Shown in pieces: positions 12,748-25,550 of a stretch of DNA of 64,000 nt. Where the stretch lies: contig OZ025786.1 in the NCBI GenBank assembly GCA_964019425.1, forward strand, positions 1,240,001 through 1,304,000, in the 5' to 3' direction. This DNA comes from Flectonema sp. DT1601. Lineage: Eukaryota. Under the pieces are notes generated by a model. It saw nothing but the letters and a program-made list of their open reading frames with translations. It was not told the DNA's origin and made no database searches. The position numbers were made by a program, and so were the translations under genes. Each line of letters starts with the position of its first letter. Positions within the stretch are counted from its first letter, which is position 1.

Positions 12748-15700
12748 TTACATCCAGGAGAGTTTAGGAGCCCCGAAATCTGGTGAAGATTTTCGTAGCT
12801 GCGAAGAGTTAGATTTGTGAAGGGGAGTAAGCCCACCACGTAGGTCATGCATTATGGGAGGGAACTGGCTCCATGATAAACAACTGTCTCTGTACATTAA
12901 AACAGCTTGCAAGATTTCATCATCTGGCTTATCTGCACAAATTTGCATCAACAGCTCACTACGTCCAGAACAGTGCTCCCGAACAGCAATTTCAAGATCC
13001 TGTCTGTCTTGAGAAGCTTTTTCATTGTTTACAGTTTGAAGGTGTGACCATGCATCACTTGCTTTTAATTTAGCAACATCAGGTTGATATAAGTCCAAGA
13101 ATAAATTATCTTTAGATATCGGAATACAATAAATCAATCGACTAATTGGACCTATTGTCGTGTCCTGTTCCGCACTTGGGTATTGAGAAGTAGCAGCAAA
13201 CAAAAGTGACGCTCCAACGTCTTCAGAAAACGAACAGACTTGGCTTGCGAGTATCTTTGTTGCTCCTAACGCGATGTGAAATCTTCTTTTTCCAGCACCG
13301 ATATTTCCATGAGTTGTTTTCCCTGTCGCGATACCAACGTGAACGCTAAGGATGGGTTGTAATTCTTGAACTACCCAGGCGCCGAATCTGACTCCGTAAA
13401 CAGAGTGCATTGGAGTTGGTCTTTCACAATTCCAACACAGACTGCTTTCACTGCCTAGGATTTGGACAACACCTCCGTTAGTGCGGGCAGCAGCTTCTTC
13501 AATGGCAGTTACAATAACATTAAGACTTGAGAGCATATCCACACCTGCTGATGGTATAGCGTGAGTAACAGCAAAGGTTGCAACAGTTGAATCTATTCGA
13601 GATGGAATTTGACCAACAGTCATTCTAACTGATACAGATCTAGATGATTGTGAACCTGAACAAGAACTCGCAACTGACTCTCTCCTTTTTGTTGTATGTA
13701 ATGATAAAACTTCACTACGAGCACTAAGTTCTTGTGGAATTAGAAGACACAAATTTCGAGGTCCGAAATCCTTAACAAATTGACCCTCATGATTGATTAC
13801 TATGTAAGGTTTTAATTTTGATTTATCAGGGAGATTAGAATACATGTCCCGAGTCATTAAAAGAGACCCACCTGGAACAATTGGTAGCAGTCTTGCTGCC
13901 ATGTTTACAACAGTTCCTAAGTAATCTGTTCTACCTGTTATCGACGATGTTTCAATCACAACTGGACCAGCGTTGATTCCCATACAAACTCGTAAGCCGT
14001 TCCAGATGAATGCTCCAGCTGCGTCTTTTATTGGTTCGCATTCATTCATGCTTGTCAATGATGAAGCCCATGAGACTTTAACAAGAGCAGTTTGACATTC
14101 TAAACAGAAATTAATCGCGTCTTCAGGTTTTGGAAATGCTAACAGAAGACTATCGTCGATTGACTTCACTTCATAACCAAAGTTTGAATAGGCTGTTTTT
14201 CTTATTGTTGAGTGATACTTTTTAAATGCATCGCTCATTGCTTCACTTGATCTGGACCACAGACTTGATCCATTCTCAATATCTGTAAAAACGATTGTTA
14301 CATTTTCTTTATTCATCGGTGGTTCATTTTCTTCAATCGCTTCTTCCTCAGCTGTGGGTTCAGCTATCCCGTCAGGTAAGTATTTCATATGTTCAATCAA
14401 AGACTCAACCAAATGAGTTAAAGTAGTTCCAATCATATCAAATTCCTTTATAAACGAAGACTCCAATACTATTTTCTCATAATGTAATTCATGTGCATTG
14501 TTAATTGATTCGAGTATAGGACTGCACGCTCGATTAATTCCCCACCAAAGTAAAAGAGATAGTAAGACACAGCTTCCAACAATACCAACGGATGTATAGA
14601 TAAATCTGTCAACCGCTTCTCGTTCTTGTTCAGTAAATTCGTTGAGAGGAGTTATTATTAACACAACAAATGGAGGAAGGATATCTGAACAAGATCCATT
14701 TCCTATGACGACAAACCCAGTAGCGTATGTTGTTCCATTGTAATCCCACGAATTGTAGTGTAGTTGCCGAGTCGCAGTCGCTCCAATTTCTTCATCGAAA
14801 AATCCTAAAAATGATTTTAACCTATCATCGAGAAGTGATACCTCTGTTATCACCACCGATACGTTTTCATGAACTTCTTGAAATGGATATGAAACTTGTC
14901 TGTATCTACCTTCTCCAAAAGCAACATTCAAATCACGTTCCACAGAGTATGCTTTTCCTGTTTTTCCAACCGTGAAATTAGCTAACAAATCAGACAGTCC
15001 TTGAATGGAATAATCAACTTGTATTGAACCTTCTGGTTCGTAGTTTTCGTTGTATAGTATTTTATGAAATGTAATTAAAGTTATTCCTGCTCCATAAACT
15101 TTTCTCCAACATTCACTTATATTTGTTGCTACCAATGTTGGCCAATAAATACGAAGACGTGAATCATATCCGTACTGTCCTCCGTATGGTGCGACAGGTG
15201 ATTCAGGCCATTCAGGTGCTCGTAATCTGCTGTCAACGACACTTGCAATTAGGGTTTCGTTGTAGTCTGATGAGTAAGAATATATGGATGATGTTGTGTT
15301 GTCATACGGTCTAATTTCAGTACTTTGATTATCACCTCTGGCTATTAAGATGTATCCGAGTTTTTTTGATATTCTGTTTCTGTTTGCTAGGATCGCATCA
15401 CCAAACTTGCTGTAAAATCCAAAATAAAAAAGTTCAGGAGTCGCTTTAACGTCGGATGCATACAAAGTAGCAATGTGACCTATGTTGTCACGTTTTCCAA
15501 TGCCAATAGTTCCTTCAACACTCATCGCTACAGTAGAGTGTTCCTTTGCAACTACCTCTGCCATCAGTCTTCCCTTCGCAAGCCCAGACTCTAAGATGCA
15601 AGTACCTCTCGTTAGCTCCATCATTGTTAGGTCCTCTGATCTTACTTTTCCCATAGTCGATAATGCTTTCCATCCAACTACGGTCATAGAAGTCGACAGG

Positions 15701-15756
15701 ACGATTAACGTCGTCGCTAAATACAAAAATAACACTAATCCGAGTGGTAGTTCCAT
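12748..15756 (-). CDS. Receptor-type class III adenylate/guanylate cyclase with two TM helices and a second, degenerate cyclase domain
   Basis: TM segments near the N-terminus and at ~aa385-407. Cyclase motifs IVFTDIE, YEVKSIDD, GLRVCMGI and DYLGTVVNMAAR. The second domain has GGVVQILG..CWN and HVGIATG..HGNIG. Confidence 0.88.
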   Translation of the reverse strand: MELPLGLVLFLYLATTLIVLSTSMTVVGWKALSTMGKVRSEDLTMMELTRGTCILESGLAKGRLMAEVVAKEHSTVAMSVEGTIGIGKRDNIGHIATLYASDVKATPELFYFGFYSKFGDAILANRNRISKKLGYILIARGDNQSTEIRPYDNTTSSIYSYSSDYNETLIASVVDSRLRAPEWPESPVAPYGGQYGYDSRLRIYWPTLVATNISECWRKVYGAGITLITFHKILYNENYEPEGSIQVDYSIQGLSDLLANFTVGKTGKAYSVERDLNVAFGEGRYRQVSYPFQEVHENVSVVITEVSLLDDRLKSFLGFFDEEIGATATRQLHYNSWDYNGTTYATGFVVIGNGSCSDILPPFVVLIITPLNEFTEQEREAVDRFIYTSVGIVGSCVLLSLLLWWGINRACSPILESINNAHELHYEKIVLESSFIKEFDMIGTTLTHLVESLIEHMKYLPDGIAEPTAEEEAIEENEPPMNKENVTIVFTDIENGSSLWSRSSEAMSDAFKKYHSTIRKTAYSNFGYEVKSIDDSLLLAFPKPEDAINFCLECQTALVKVSWASSLTSMNECEPIKDAAGAFIWNGLRVCMGINAGPVVIETSSITGRTDYLGTVVNMAARLLPIVPGGSLLMTRDMYSNLPDKSKLKPYIVINHEGQFVKDFGPRNLCLLIPQELSARSEVLSLHTTKRRESVASSCSGSQSSRSVSVRMTVGQIPSRIDSTVATFAVTHAIPSAGVDMLSSLNVIVTAIEEAAARTNGGVVQILGSESSLCWNCERPTPMHSVYGVRFGAWVVQELQPILSVHVGIATGKTTHGNIGAGKRRFHIALGATKILASQVCSFSEDVGASLLFAATSQYPSAEQDTTIGPISRLIYCIPISKDNLFLDLYQPDVAKLKASDAWSHLQTVNNEKASQDRQDLEIAVREHCSGRSELLMQICADKPDDEILQAVLMYRDSCLSWSQFPPIMHDLRGGLTPLHKSNSSQLRKSSPDFGAPKLSWM

Positions 15757-15836
15757 ATTATGGTTTTTTTTTTTTTTTTTTCCGTAATTTTCTTTTTTTT
15801 TTGTTTTTTTTTTTTTTTAAGGTATCCCTAAGCTGG

Positions 15837-15867
<31 letters not shown>

Positions 15868-16371
15868 TCGTTACAAGAAACCAACCAACACATGAAATCG
15901 GCGCTGAATCTATTTCATTGATAAAACTCGAGGATCTCAGTGAAATCAGTGAAGGCAACACTAATAATATCGATAACCGAATCTACTAACAGGCGCACTA
16001 CTGTGTACGTACTTTCAAACAGAGGAACCCTGAGCATCCTATTCCTATACTAACCACGAAGCGATCAAGTAGCTGATCGCGAAGGAAGTGCGGAACGGCA
16101 TGCGATGGTCGTCCGCAGTCCGGTGAGAACACAGGAGGAGGAAGTTGACTCGACATGGAAGGAGACTTCACATATTTCCGATTGCCTTACCTGTTGTACT
16201 CTGAAATAGACGACGATTATCTTGTTCAGTCCCTGTTGTAATGTATAAAAAAGTTTGAGTATTTATATTTCCAAAATCCATCAAAAAAAAAAACATAACA
16301 CAATCTAACCAACAGAAACAAAGAAGGACAAATTAAGAAACCATAAAAATGAAAAAGAAGAAGAGGCTTTC

Positions 16372-17238
16372 TTACTCTGACTGAACAGTATTACAAGAAG
16401 ACACAGCAACCATATTATTAATTCTCTGGAGACTTAAATGCAACTGTTGCTCTATTCGTATTTTGATGTCTGGATCGGCTACGTTAAGATCATCATCATT
16501 GAGAGACAGCTCAGGATGATGTTGGTCTGAGAAGTGAGAATCATTTTGGAGTGGAACACTTGATAAGTTACTGTTGTCGTGATGTGGTTGATCATTCGTA
16601 GCAAACCTTGACCCTACTAACATAAGCTCAGACTGACTTAAATTTGCAAGAAGTGAATTTTTTAAATCAGGATTCGTCAGCACTGATTCCCTCAGAGCTA
16701 ATTCTTTTTCTTTTCTTCGAACGGAGTCAACCATCTGTTTGACATGTTGGAGTCCAACGTCTTGTTTGTGAAGGAGAGATGATTCCAACACTTCTTCTCT
16801 TAATTTTTGAATGGAATTTACTTGTTGAGAACTTCTTGAGGTGACTTCGTTTATCAAATTAGTTAGAAGTAGTTCTTGCTTTTGAAGTCTGGATGATTGT
16901 TCAGTTAATTGACTTTCAATCTTTTTATTTTTTAGCTCAGCATCTTCAAGTAGTTGTTCCCGTCTTCGAAGTTCAGCAGCCCTCTCTGAGAGTCTTCCCG
17001 TTTCTGTTATTAATTTTTCACGCTCGACAGTCAACTCTTCTTGTATCGAAATTTTTATTTCTTCCATTTTTTTTTTTTCTTCTTCTAAATTTATTTCTTG
17101 TTCCCGCACTGCTTCCCATTTAGTCGCAACTTTACGTGTTGTTTCATTTAAGTGATCCCAACGTCTCTCAATCAGTGCTCTCTCTGAAAGGTACCCAGCT
17201 AAGGCAGCTTCGTTATTGGTTGCTTCAGGAAGTGACAT
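16372..17238 (-). CDS. Hypothetical coiled-coil protein
   Basis: 288-aa ORF with E/K/R/Q heptad-rich composition, on the same strand as its neighbours. Confidence 0.7.
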   Translation of the reverse strand: MSLPEATNNEAALAGYLSERALIERRWDHLNETTRKVATKWEAVREQEINLEEEKKKMEEIKISIQEELTVEREKLITETGRLSERAAELRRREQLLEDAELKNKKIESQLTEQSSRLQKQELLLTNLINEVTSRSSQQVNSIQKLREEVLESSLLHKQDVGLQHVKQMVDSVRRKEKELALRESVLTNPDLKNSLLANLSQSELMLVGSRFATNDQPHHDNSNLSSVPLQNDSHFSDQHHPELSLNDDDLNVADPDIKIRIEQQLHLSLQRINNMVAVSSCNTVQSE

Positions 17239-18932
17239 GGGCTCATTTAGACATAGTGAGAGTGTATCTAAACGAAAAAATAAAAATAATAATAAAGATA
17301 TCCTTTACTGATGGTTTTTAAGTTAACTTATTCACAATTATGAAAGATTAATCGGCAAAAAACACCTCCTTTTATGAGTAACTTAAGAGGTACGACGTGA
17401 TGTGTCTGAAAAGTTAGAATTTGAATTTATTCTTAAATAGTCGCACTGCATTAAAAAAAAAAAAGGTTGTAAAAAACACAATTGTTCTGCTGTTCTGTAA
17501 AACACTTGTGCGGAATACGTTGTTTTTAGGTACCTTAATCTTACACAACCCCCGTCTGAATAGTTAGCGAATCTAACAGACTACTGAGTATCGGCTCAAA
17601 ATAGAACCTGGTAGCTCTTCGAGGGTGGTATAAGGTTGAACCTAATCTTAAGGAATATTTTATTAGTTTCAGCACAGGGTATACTAAATCAAAAGATCTA
17701 CAACCACAGTGCTTCCACTTTGTCTGGTATACTAGCAGGAAACTAAGCCGAAATATAAAAAAAAAATTTAAAACAAATAAAAAATAAAAAACTACTTTTT
17801 TAAAAAAAATATCACAAAGAGAGGATGAAAAAATGGGTAAAGCGGAATACTTGTTCTATAAAAACAGGTTAACACATCTATTACAAAACTTAACTAACAA
17901 TCTATACTCCACTCGAATTTCAAATAGAGAAGAGCACGACAGAAACAAGAGCAGCAGCTAGAGATTACTTACAGCTACGGAAGAAGCAATAATGTAAACT
18001 CCCACGTTGCGGAGTGATAAACTAGACCTGTTTTTTTTTTCGGATCACATTACTTTACACAACACTTTAAGACGAATCAATGAAGAAGCCAAATGGGAAG
18101 TACGCACCCACCCGTCTCACTAATACTTTATTTTTATTCGTTCTTTTTTTTTTTTTTTTTTTTTTCTTATCAAGTACTCCGATGAACCCAATGGGAAAAA
18201 ACAAAACAGCAACAAATCGTCGGGGGAAGGGAAAAAGAAGGGAATACAGGTGGAAATACAAGGAAATCAGATAAGGCATTTTTTTTTTTTTTTTTCTTTC
18301 TTTTTTTTTCGTTCGTCAAGAGATCAAACGACATTGGATAACGGTAAACTACATAGATGAAAAATTCGGACTTCAGATGTCCCGAAAAAGAAAAAAAGAG
18401 TGAGATAATTGTTGTATTTTTTGTAAAATACAAAACAGTATTACATCATAGTAACTTTGTTCGATGCTTAACTCAGCCTTTTGAAGTAACTATTTAGTTT
18501 CGAGTGTAATCTATAATTATATTATATTATACCTCTTTACCTCTCGTCATCAGTTATGGCGTTGCAGTACAAAAGAGAGAGTTAATTGCCTTGAGTGTAT
18601 CAGAAGTTATCTAAGCTGACAAAAGGTAAACACTCTCGCAAAATATGTCGTAAAAAGACTCTACATTAATTAAGATAAATGGTTCTAACAAATCCTCTGC
18701 TGTCATACAGTGAAATGAGGAATCGAGTTATTCAATTGTAGGAAAGGAATCGACTCTGTAAATAGTCATACAGTTTGGGTAGCAGGCGATGTCAACATAA
18801 AATGGACCTTTACTTCACACGCAGTGAACAACATGCCTACTTCGTATTGATCTATGAATAGAATCCTGTTGGGGGAGCGATGGGATACAATTATTGAAAC
18901 ATTGAGAACTCAAAGGTGAAGAGACGGGGAAA

Positions 18933-18974
<42 letters not shown>

Positions 18975-19476
18975 CATACAGATTATCCTCATATTTTCGT
19001 TGAAACGCATGCAATTATTAATTTTTAATAAATAATAATAACGATATTGTAGTACTACAGTGAAAAAAAAAAAAAAAAAAAAAAAAAAAGCAAAAAAAAA
19101 AATAAGGACAAAAACAGACGGATGTAGGTGCGTTTAAAAAGAGAACCTATCTAAACGTTCTCTATAACACTCTGGTGGTTACTAAAAAATAGTATCTGAA
19201 AGATAAAAGCATCATAATATAATATCACTAACACTACCTTTTTTTTTTTTTTTTTTTTTTTTTAATATTTTTACCAAAACACTGTTGTTTTGGTTGTGCG
19301 AAAATTGGTACGAAATCCCTACGAATTACAAAAAAGGAGGAGGGAAATGAAAATAATTAACATTCTCAGTTTGTTGTCTTTTTTGTTTTGTACGCAACTG
19401 CCAATAAAATGAAAGCACAACATTGTATTGAGTAAACTAGTCTTCTATAAAAGAAGTAACAAAGAGGGAGGGAAAC

Positions 19477-22400
19477 CTACCCCATACCACTTTGTTGGGA
19501 TGGAAAAGCGAATCGAGGAGACTTTCTACCACTTGGTGACACTGGACGTACACTAATACTCTGAGTCTTTGATCCATTAACACAAAAGGAAGAATGTGAT
19601 GACGAAGGGAGATGTGGATTTCTGTTTTCTGCTTCCGGAGACGGTTCTGTTATGACGAGAGTAGGAGAGACTAAGACTTCTCTTGAAAGTGACAGACGAT
19701 CGTGTCTTTCTAATAATGTCTCCTCAATTGTCAGTTCTGGAGAGCTGAATGTCGGAGAAATTGGAGATGCGTATCCCAAACTAGTATTTAGTGTTTCACT
19801 AACAGGCTGTTCAATAATCGTGTCTAATGACGTGATTGGTTTCCCCAACTGCAACTGATCTCTCAGAGAGCTTAGTAGTTTTCTTTTCTTCACTAGTTCT
19901 TCCCATACCTCAGCATGTCTTGCTTTGCATAGTTCAAAACCATTTCTTACTTCTACTTCATAATTTGAAATCTTTTTATAAGTATCCTTTTCATGAGCTT
20001 TTAAAGAATTCACTTCTTCAGATCGAGCAGTCTTTTCAGATTCAAGAGCGTATTTCATTCTCTTTAATTCCTTCTCAAGCTCACCTGATGATGTGGTGAC
20101 GCTATTGAGAGTCTCTTCAAGAACTCTTGCCTTTGATCGAAAGCTGTTTTTTTTTTTTTTTTTTTTTTTTTGTTTATTTCTTAAAACTTGTTGTCTCTGG
20201 TTAATGCAATTTATGTAAGATAAAGATAACATACAATTCCAGGTCCTCAGCACTGGCTCCAATCCCCTGGAGCTTTGCCAGTTCGAGCTCTTCCGCAGAT
20301 CGTTCAAAATTAGTGTGGCGATGGATGAGAATTTTAGCACCGACAAGGTAATCTTCAGGATCTCCACTATCGCTTGTTATACCGAGAATGTCTTCGAAAG
20401 TTGATTTTAAAGAAAGGAATCGAGACTCGAATGCGCGAAAATCTTCCAACTGTTCTTCAAGCATGGCTTTCATTTCTGCCTGGAATTCGACATCCGCAAG
20501 AGCGTCCTCAAGAGCATCTTGTAACTCCAGAACATCCTCAGAAAGTGGAACTACCGGCTGTGGTGGTGGAGGTGGTTGTGGTGGCGGTGGTGGATGAGGA
20601 GGAACAGTAACCCTTGCTAAAGCTTGTGCAACCCCCCCAAGCATCCCAGTCACAGAATCAGGCTGTAGTGCTGTAGAGGCTAACGATGGCATTCCAAATC
20701 CCATTCTTGACATCTGGGAAGGACTACCACCAGGACCTGGAGGACTGGAGGATAATAATTTTTCAATTTGACGCTTCAGCTCACTACTCTCATTCTCTAA
20801 TCTCTGACACTGTCTTTGTGACTCAACGTAGTCATCTTCAGCTCGTGTGAGGAGAGCTACAAGTTCACTTCTTTCTGAACCAGTCAAGGGAAAGTTTTCT
20901 TCTGAAATAGGACTCGTTAATTCATTTTGACTGGCCTGTGGATCTACTTCGTCACCTGATTGAGGGACTGCTGTAGACTCCGCTTGTTTTATAAAATCAT
21001 AAGCATCGAGAACTAAAGAAGACACTTCTTGTAATGTTGTTGCGAGTTGTTGCTGAAGATGATCTTGTCTGACTGCTGTGGATTCGTAGTCGAAGTCGGG
21101 GTGTTGCATTCTAAGTTCGAGAAGAGTCTTTCGAGATAAGACTACTCGACTATCAATCTCTTTCATTAAATTCGATACTGTTGGACCATAGTCAACTTTT
21201 GGATTGATTCCTGCACTTGGTGCCATGACAAGTTCTCCTCCTGTCGCAGGATCGTTGTATTTTTTAATCAACTCCTGAACTCTATTCTTTAATTGTTGAT
21301 TCTCAACCAGAGTATCTTGATAGCTCAGTTCAACTTTATCTTTTCCTCTTTTTAATAAATCATATTGAGCAGTCAATTCTATTATTTGTTCATCCTCTCG
21401 AGAAGTTTGTCCCCCTCCAGGAGTTCTTTTATTTTTATAAGCATCAATATCAGCTTTAAGACTTTGAATTTCACTCTCCATGGTCGATTGTTTCGCCGTT
21501 AGTATCGAATTTTTCTTTTTTGTTTGATTACTGATGACTTCTAGTTCTTTATTTTCGATCATCAATGCTTTCTTGTCTGCTTTTAGAAGGGCAATTTCTT
21601 TAAGTCGAGTGGCTTTGTCTTCAAGAAGTTCTTCGATTCTGAGATCAAGTGAGTTTATGTCACGTAGTTTATCAGCGGTGAAGCTTGTCGAAGAAGTGAC
21701 CGCATTTTGTTGAAGCTGAGTTAGTCTGAGTCGAGAGTTTTCTTCACGAAGTTTGACGTTAGCGTCTTTAACTTCGTACAGTTCCTCACGGAGTTGTTTG
21801 TTGTCAGTTTTTGCTGTTGTTAAACTAAGCGAGTTTAATTGGAGGTCTGATTTTACGATTTGGGCTTCAGATGTTCCTTTCTGTAAAGTTTGAAGTAGGC
21901 TTTCGTTTTCAGATTCCAAATTTGTAATCCGTTTTGAAGTGTCTGCTCGTAGAGATTGTAGTTCTCTTTGAAGTCTTTCATTATCATCGATGAGAGTTGT
22001 TTTATAAACATTCATCATCTGTTCATGTTCTCGTTGTAATCGTTCTTTTGTTGTTTTTATATTCCTGTCCATGTCGGCTTTTTCTTTACCAAGTGCTTCT
22101 TGTAATCTTTTCTTCTCTTCTTCGATGTCTCGTTCTCGTTTTTCTCGTTCTGTTTTTTGCTCTGCGAGTTCTTTTTCCTTTTCAGCAAGTTCTTTGTCTC
22201 TTTCTTGGATAGTTCGGTTTTTTGCAGTGTCGAGTCCGAAGGCCAGTCCTCTGGTCCATTTGTTCATAACGTTGGCGACCTTTTCAGTTCGCACTCTCTG
22301 TTCTGCTTCGTCTTTTGCTCGTTGCTGCTGAACTTCAAGTTTTTCCACCGTTGCTTTCATCTTTGCTTCTTGTTCCTCCATTGCATGAGTCAGTTTCTCA

Positions 22401-23722
22401 TTATCTTCTTCAAGTTGTTTTTTAACAGTTTCTTCTTGTCGTAATTGACTGCTTATTTTCTCAACTTCCGCCGGGGCCATTCCAGAAGCATTTTCCAATG
22501 CGGCCTTTAGTTTTTCGATTTCTTCGTTTTTTTCTCGAAGCATTCGCATTCCCTTGTCTTCGTTTCTAGTTACTGTGTTGACGATTTCTTTTGTTTTGAG
22601 AGCGTATTTCAGAGTTTGGAGGGTTTCTTCTGCGTTTGATTTGTGCGGTGATGCTGCGGCTATCATCATCGTTTTGGCATTACCGCCAAAAGACTCGGAT
22701 AAGAGCCATGTTAACATTGATTCTCGGTATGGAGGTGCTTTGACTACTACGTTAGTTCCCTTGTCTTTACTTGCTTTACCATTTTCCATCAAGGCATCAA
22801 TTACTTTTCGAAGAACTGTTAAGGATTGGTTTATTGCGATTCCCTCAGTTAGAGTGTCGCCTTTAGCACCAGTTCGACTGGCACGTTCGCTTCCTGCTAA
22901 GTCAACAAGGTTGACTGTTGAAACAGTGTGGACTTGTTTAGATGGTCCACGTCCTGTTGTTTTTAGTGACTGAGTGAGCTCCAGTTTAAAAATAGCATGA
23001 GATCTACTTGAGGTACTGTTCATGGCTGTCTCTTTGGTAGTTCTTGCTGCTGTTCCGTCTTCTATCATTTGATTACACTGTTCCCAGTGAGTTACTTCAT
23101 ATTCTTGTAGACCTTCAACAAATGGACCTTTAGTAGGATGTTGTCTTACTCTAAGTTCAGAGTGTCCACTAACAGCTTTATCTTTTGGTATTAGGAGATC
23201 TTTTACTCTTTCGTTGTAGATTTCTAGAAACGACACGACGACTTTAAAGGTTTTTCCCTTTGTTGCCTCTGCTCGTCTCCTATCTAATTCAGAAAACAAT
23301 TCTTTACAGAGACGAGGTATGACACCTTCGTCTGTAGGACTACCCATCATCGAATGAGTCTTACCACTTCCTGTCTGTCCATATGCGAGGATAGTTGAGT
23401 TGAATCCTTCGAGTACATGTTCTAAACAAGGTTTTCCAGTAGCTTGATAAACGTACAGCTGATCAGCGAATTGGAGTGCTCTTCCAGGGGCTTGGGATTC
23501 GGGTATTGACCAGAAAATTTGATCAAAACTCATACACTCTCTAACTGCATAGTCCGCACAAGGATCTAGAAATTCAAGTTTCTGACTGTCGACAGGCTCT
23601 GTCACTGAAATTGGTAGCTCGTCATCAGATTCGAGTGCGAGTTCCTTTTTATTGAAAGGTCGAATACGGAGGTAAACTTTTACACCTTCATCCTTACGTT
23701 CTGGTTTCTCCGGTTTAGACAT
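19477..23722 (-). CDS. Kinesin motor (kinesin-3-like) with long coiled-coil tail; intron 20144-20234
   Basis: GQTGSGKT, NSTSSRSH, DLAGSER and PYRES motifs. An in-frame GTATGT..A(n)CAG intron joins the 1173-aa ORF to the 19477-20367 ORF frame (E-F-FRSKAR). Confidence 0.92.
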
Positions 23723-24944
23723 TTTTTTTTTTTTTTTCTTTCTTTTTTTTTTCTCCCCCCTTTTTTTTACACTGTAAAAAAGAATAGATTAAATGAATCT
23801 GCCTTCTCCGTCGACTAGCTGTTGTAACATTGGTTTTAAGGTCTGGCTGAATAAGAATTGAGTGCTTTTTTTTTATTGAGTTGTACCGCGATTGATACTC
23901 AACTGACCAGTGTTTTTGAATTGAATTATCCTATTAGAGAACAGTTTTTTTTTTTTTTTCCCTTTTTTTTTTTATCTTTTTCTGGTTTCCAATTTCCTTA
24001 TTTTTTTATTATTTTTATTCATTTTTTGAAGGAAATACTTTAACATTATTGCTTAAACAAAAAGAAAATTCGTATTTCTCTTTTTCTTTAAAGTAGCCGC
24101 GTCCGGTAGAAACCCTAAATTCTTTTCTTTCATTGTGAATAAAGAATTTTTTCTTGAGAGAAGCTGATATCTGGAAGAAAGAAACAAAATTAAAATTTTA
24201 AAACAACCTTATTCATCGAAAATAAGGAGGTTTCGGATCTTGGTCTGAGACCCAGCATCCGTACCCGTGTCTTAATAAGTGTGTAGACGAGCGACTCACT
24301 ACACAACACCACAGGTATAAATAGGAGGCAAGCAGAGACTGAGCAAAAACAAAAGGTGAAAGAAAAAAAAAAAAAAAAAAAAAAAGGACGGGAAAACTAA
24401 GATATTTTACCCATGGTTTCGGAGTTTTTTTTTTTTTTTTTTTTTAATAAGAGAAGACTAGCAACTACAATCACGACCTGTCTGACTTTATACAGTAGCC
24501 GGTGTAGTTATAGGTGGGAGGTTTACCAACAATGAAACACCACTACTCTTATCGTCGCTTTTACTTATAATGATAATTTGACCACAGGTTATGAAAAAAT
24601 AAATTGTTTTCACACGTCACAGAGAACTGTCAAAGAACAAACAATGGAACTTGTCAGTGTCGTGGCATGTTACTTCTCTTTTCACGATTTCCAAAGGAAA
24701 AAAAAAAAATTAAATAAAACACTTTAATAAATATACACAAATCAGCAAAGAAAATAATTGGCAACCAACAATAAAAATACCAACTTTAATATATGGTTGT
24801 GAAAACTATAAGTGAATGAACAAAAAACACTTCTTTATATTCACCAGTTAACATTTACTGCGATGATCAAATCAGATGACCCCAAACACAAAGAATTCAA
24901 AAAAAAAAAAACATGAAAAAAACACATACACAGAGGCAACTTGA

Positions 24945-24981
<37 letters not shown>

Positions 24982-25519
24982 CCCTCATCCATTCTCATCA
25001 AATGGCTACGCAGCGTACCCGATGATAATGACGTAAAACAACAGGAATTAATTGATACGACCAGTCACCAACCACTGCCCGTGTTTTACAAAAGAAGTGA
25101 TTCGTCGTTAATCGAATACCGCTAGTGTGTTTATTAACGGTGTGCGATAATCTATTATTTTATTAAGGATAAAATGAACGAATTATAATGTTGCTCAACT
25201 TAGCCTCTTAAGGTACTCGTATGGATCTCTCCCCGATTCGAACTCCGGCTAAATTGAATTGTCTATAAATTAACAGGTCAGCTGTTTCTCGTATTAAAAA
25301 AAAAATAAAAAATAATTATAGAACAGTAAGTAAGGCAAAAGCAAAAAAGAAGTGAAGGAGGAAAGAAGCAAAAACCGAGAGCCAACAAGGGACATACATT
25401 CTCCTTAACATCGCAGAAGTTTTATTATTGTAGTGCTTATATTTTTTAGCAACATGTCTCTCTTGTTATTTTGTAGCTGTTCACGTTATGCAATGTACAA
25501 AGTTACAATAACGAGTTTT

Positions 25520-25550
<31 letters not shown>

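Noticed and set aside
15990..16240. GC-richer island with GCGATCA/TGATCGC hairpin and CCTTACCTG as an snRNA
   Set aside because: No further U1 or SRP features are present. On the minus strand it reads CAG|GTAAGG, more simply a possible 5' UTR splice donor of the cyclase gene.
19477..20367. Separate 296-aa gene
   Set aside because: It is better explained as exon 2 of the kinesin through an in-frame GT-AG intron.
25225..25255. GTTCGAATC B-box-like motif on the minus strand as a tRNA
   Set aside because: No T-stem, anticodon arm or acceptor stem could be built.
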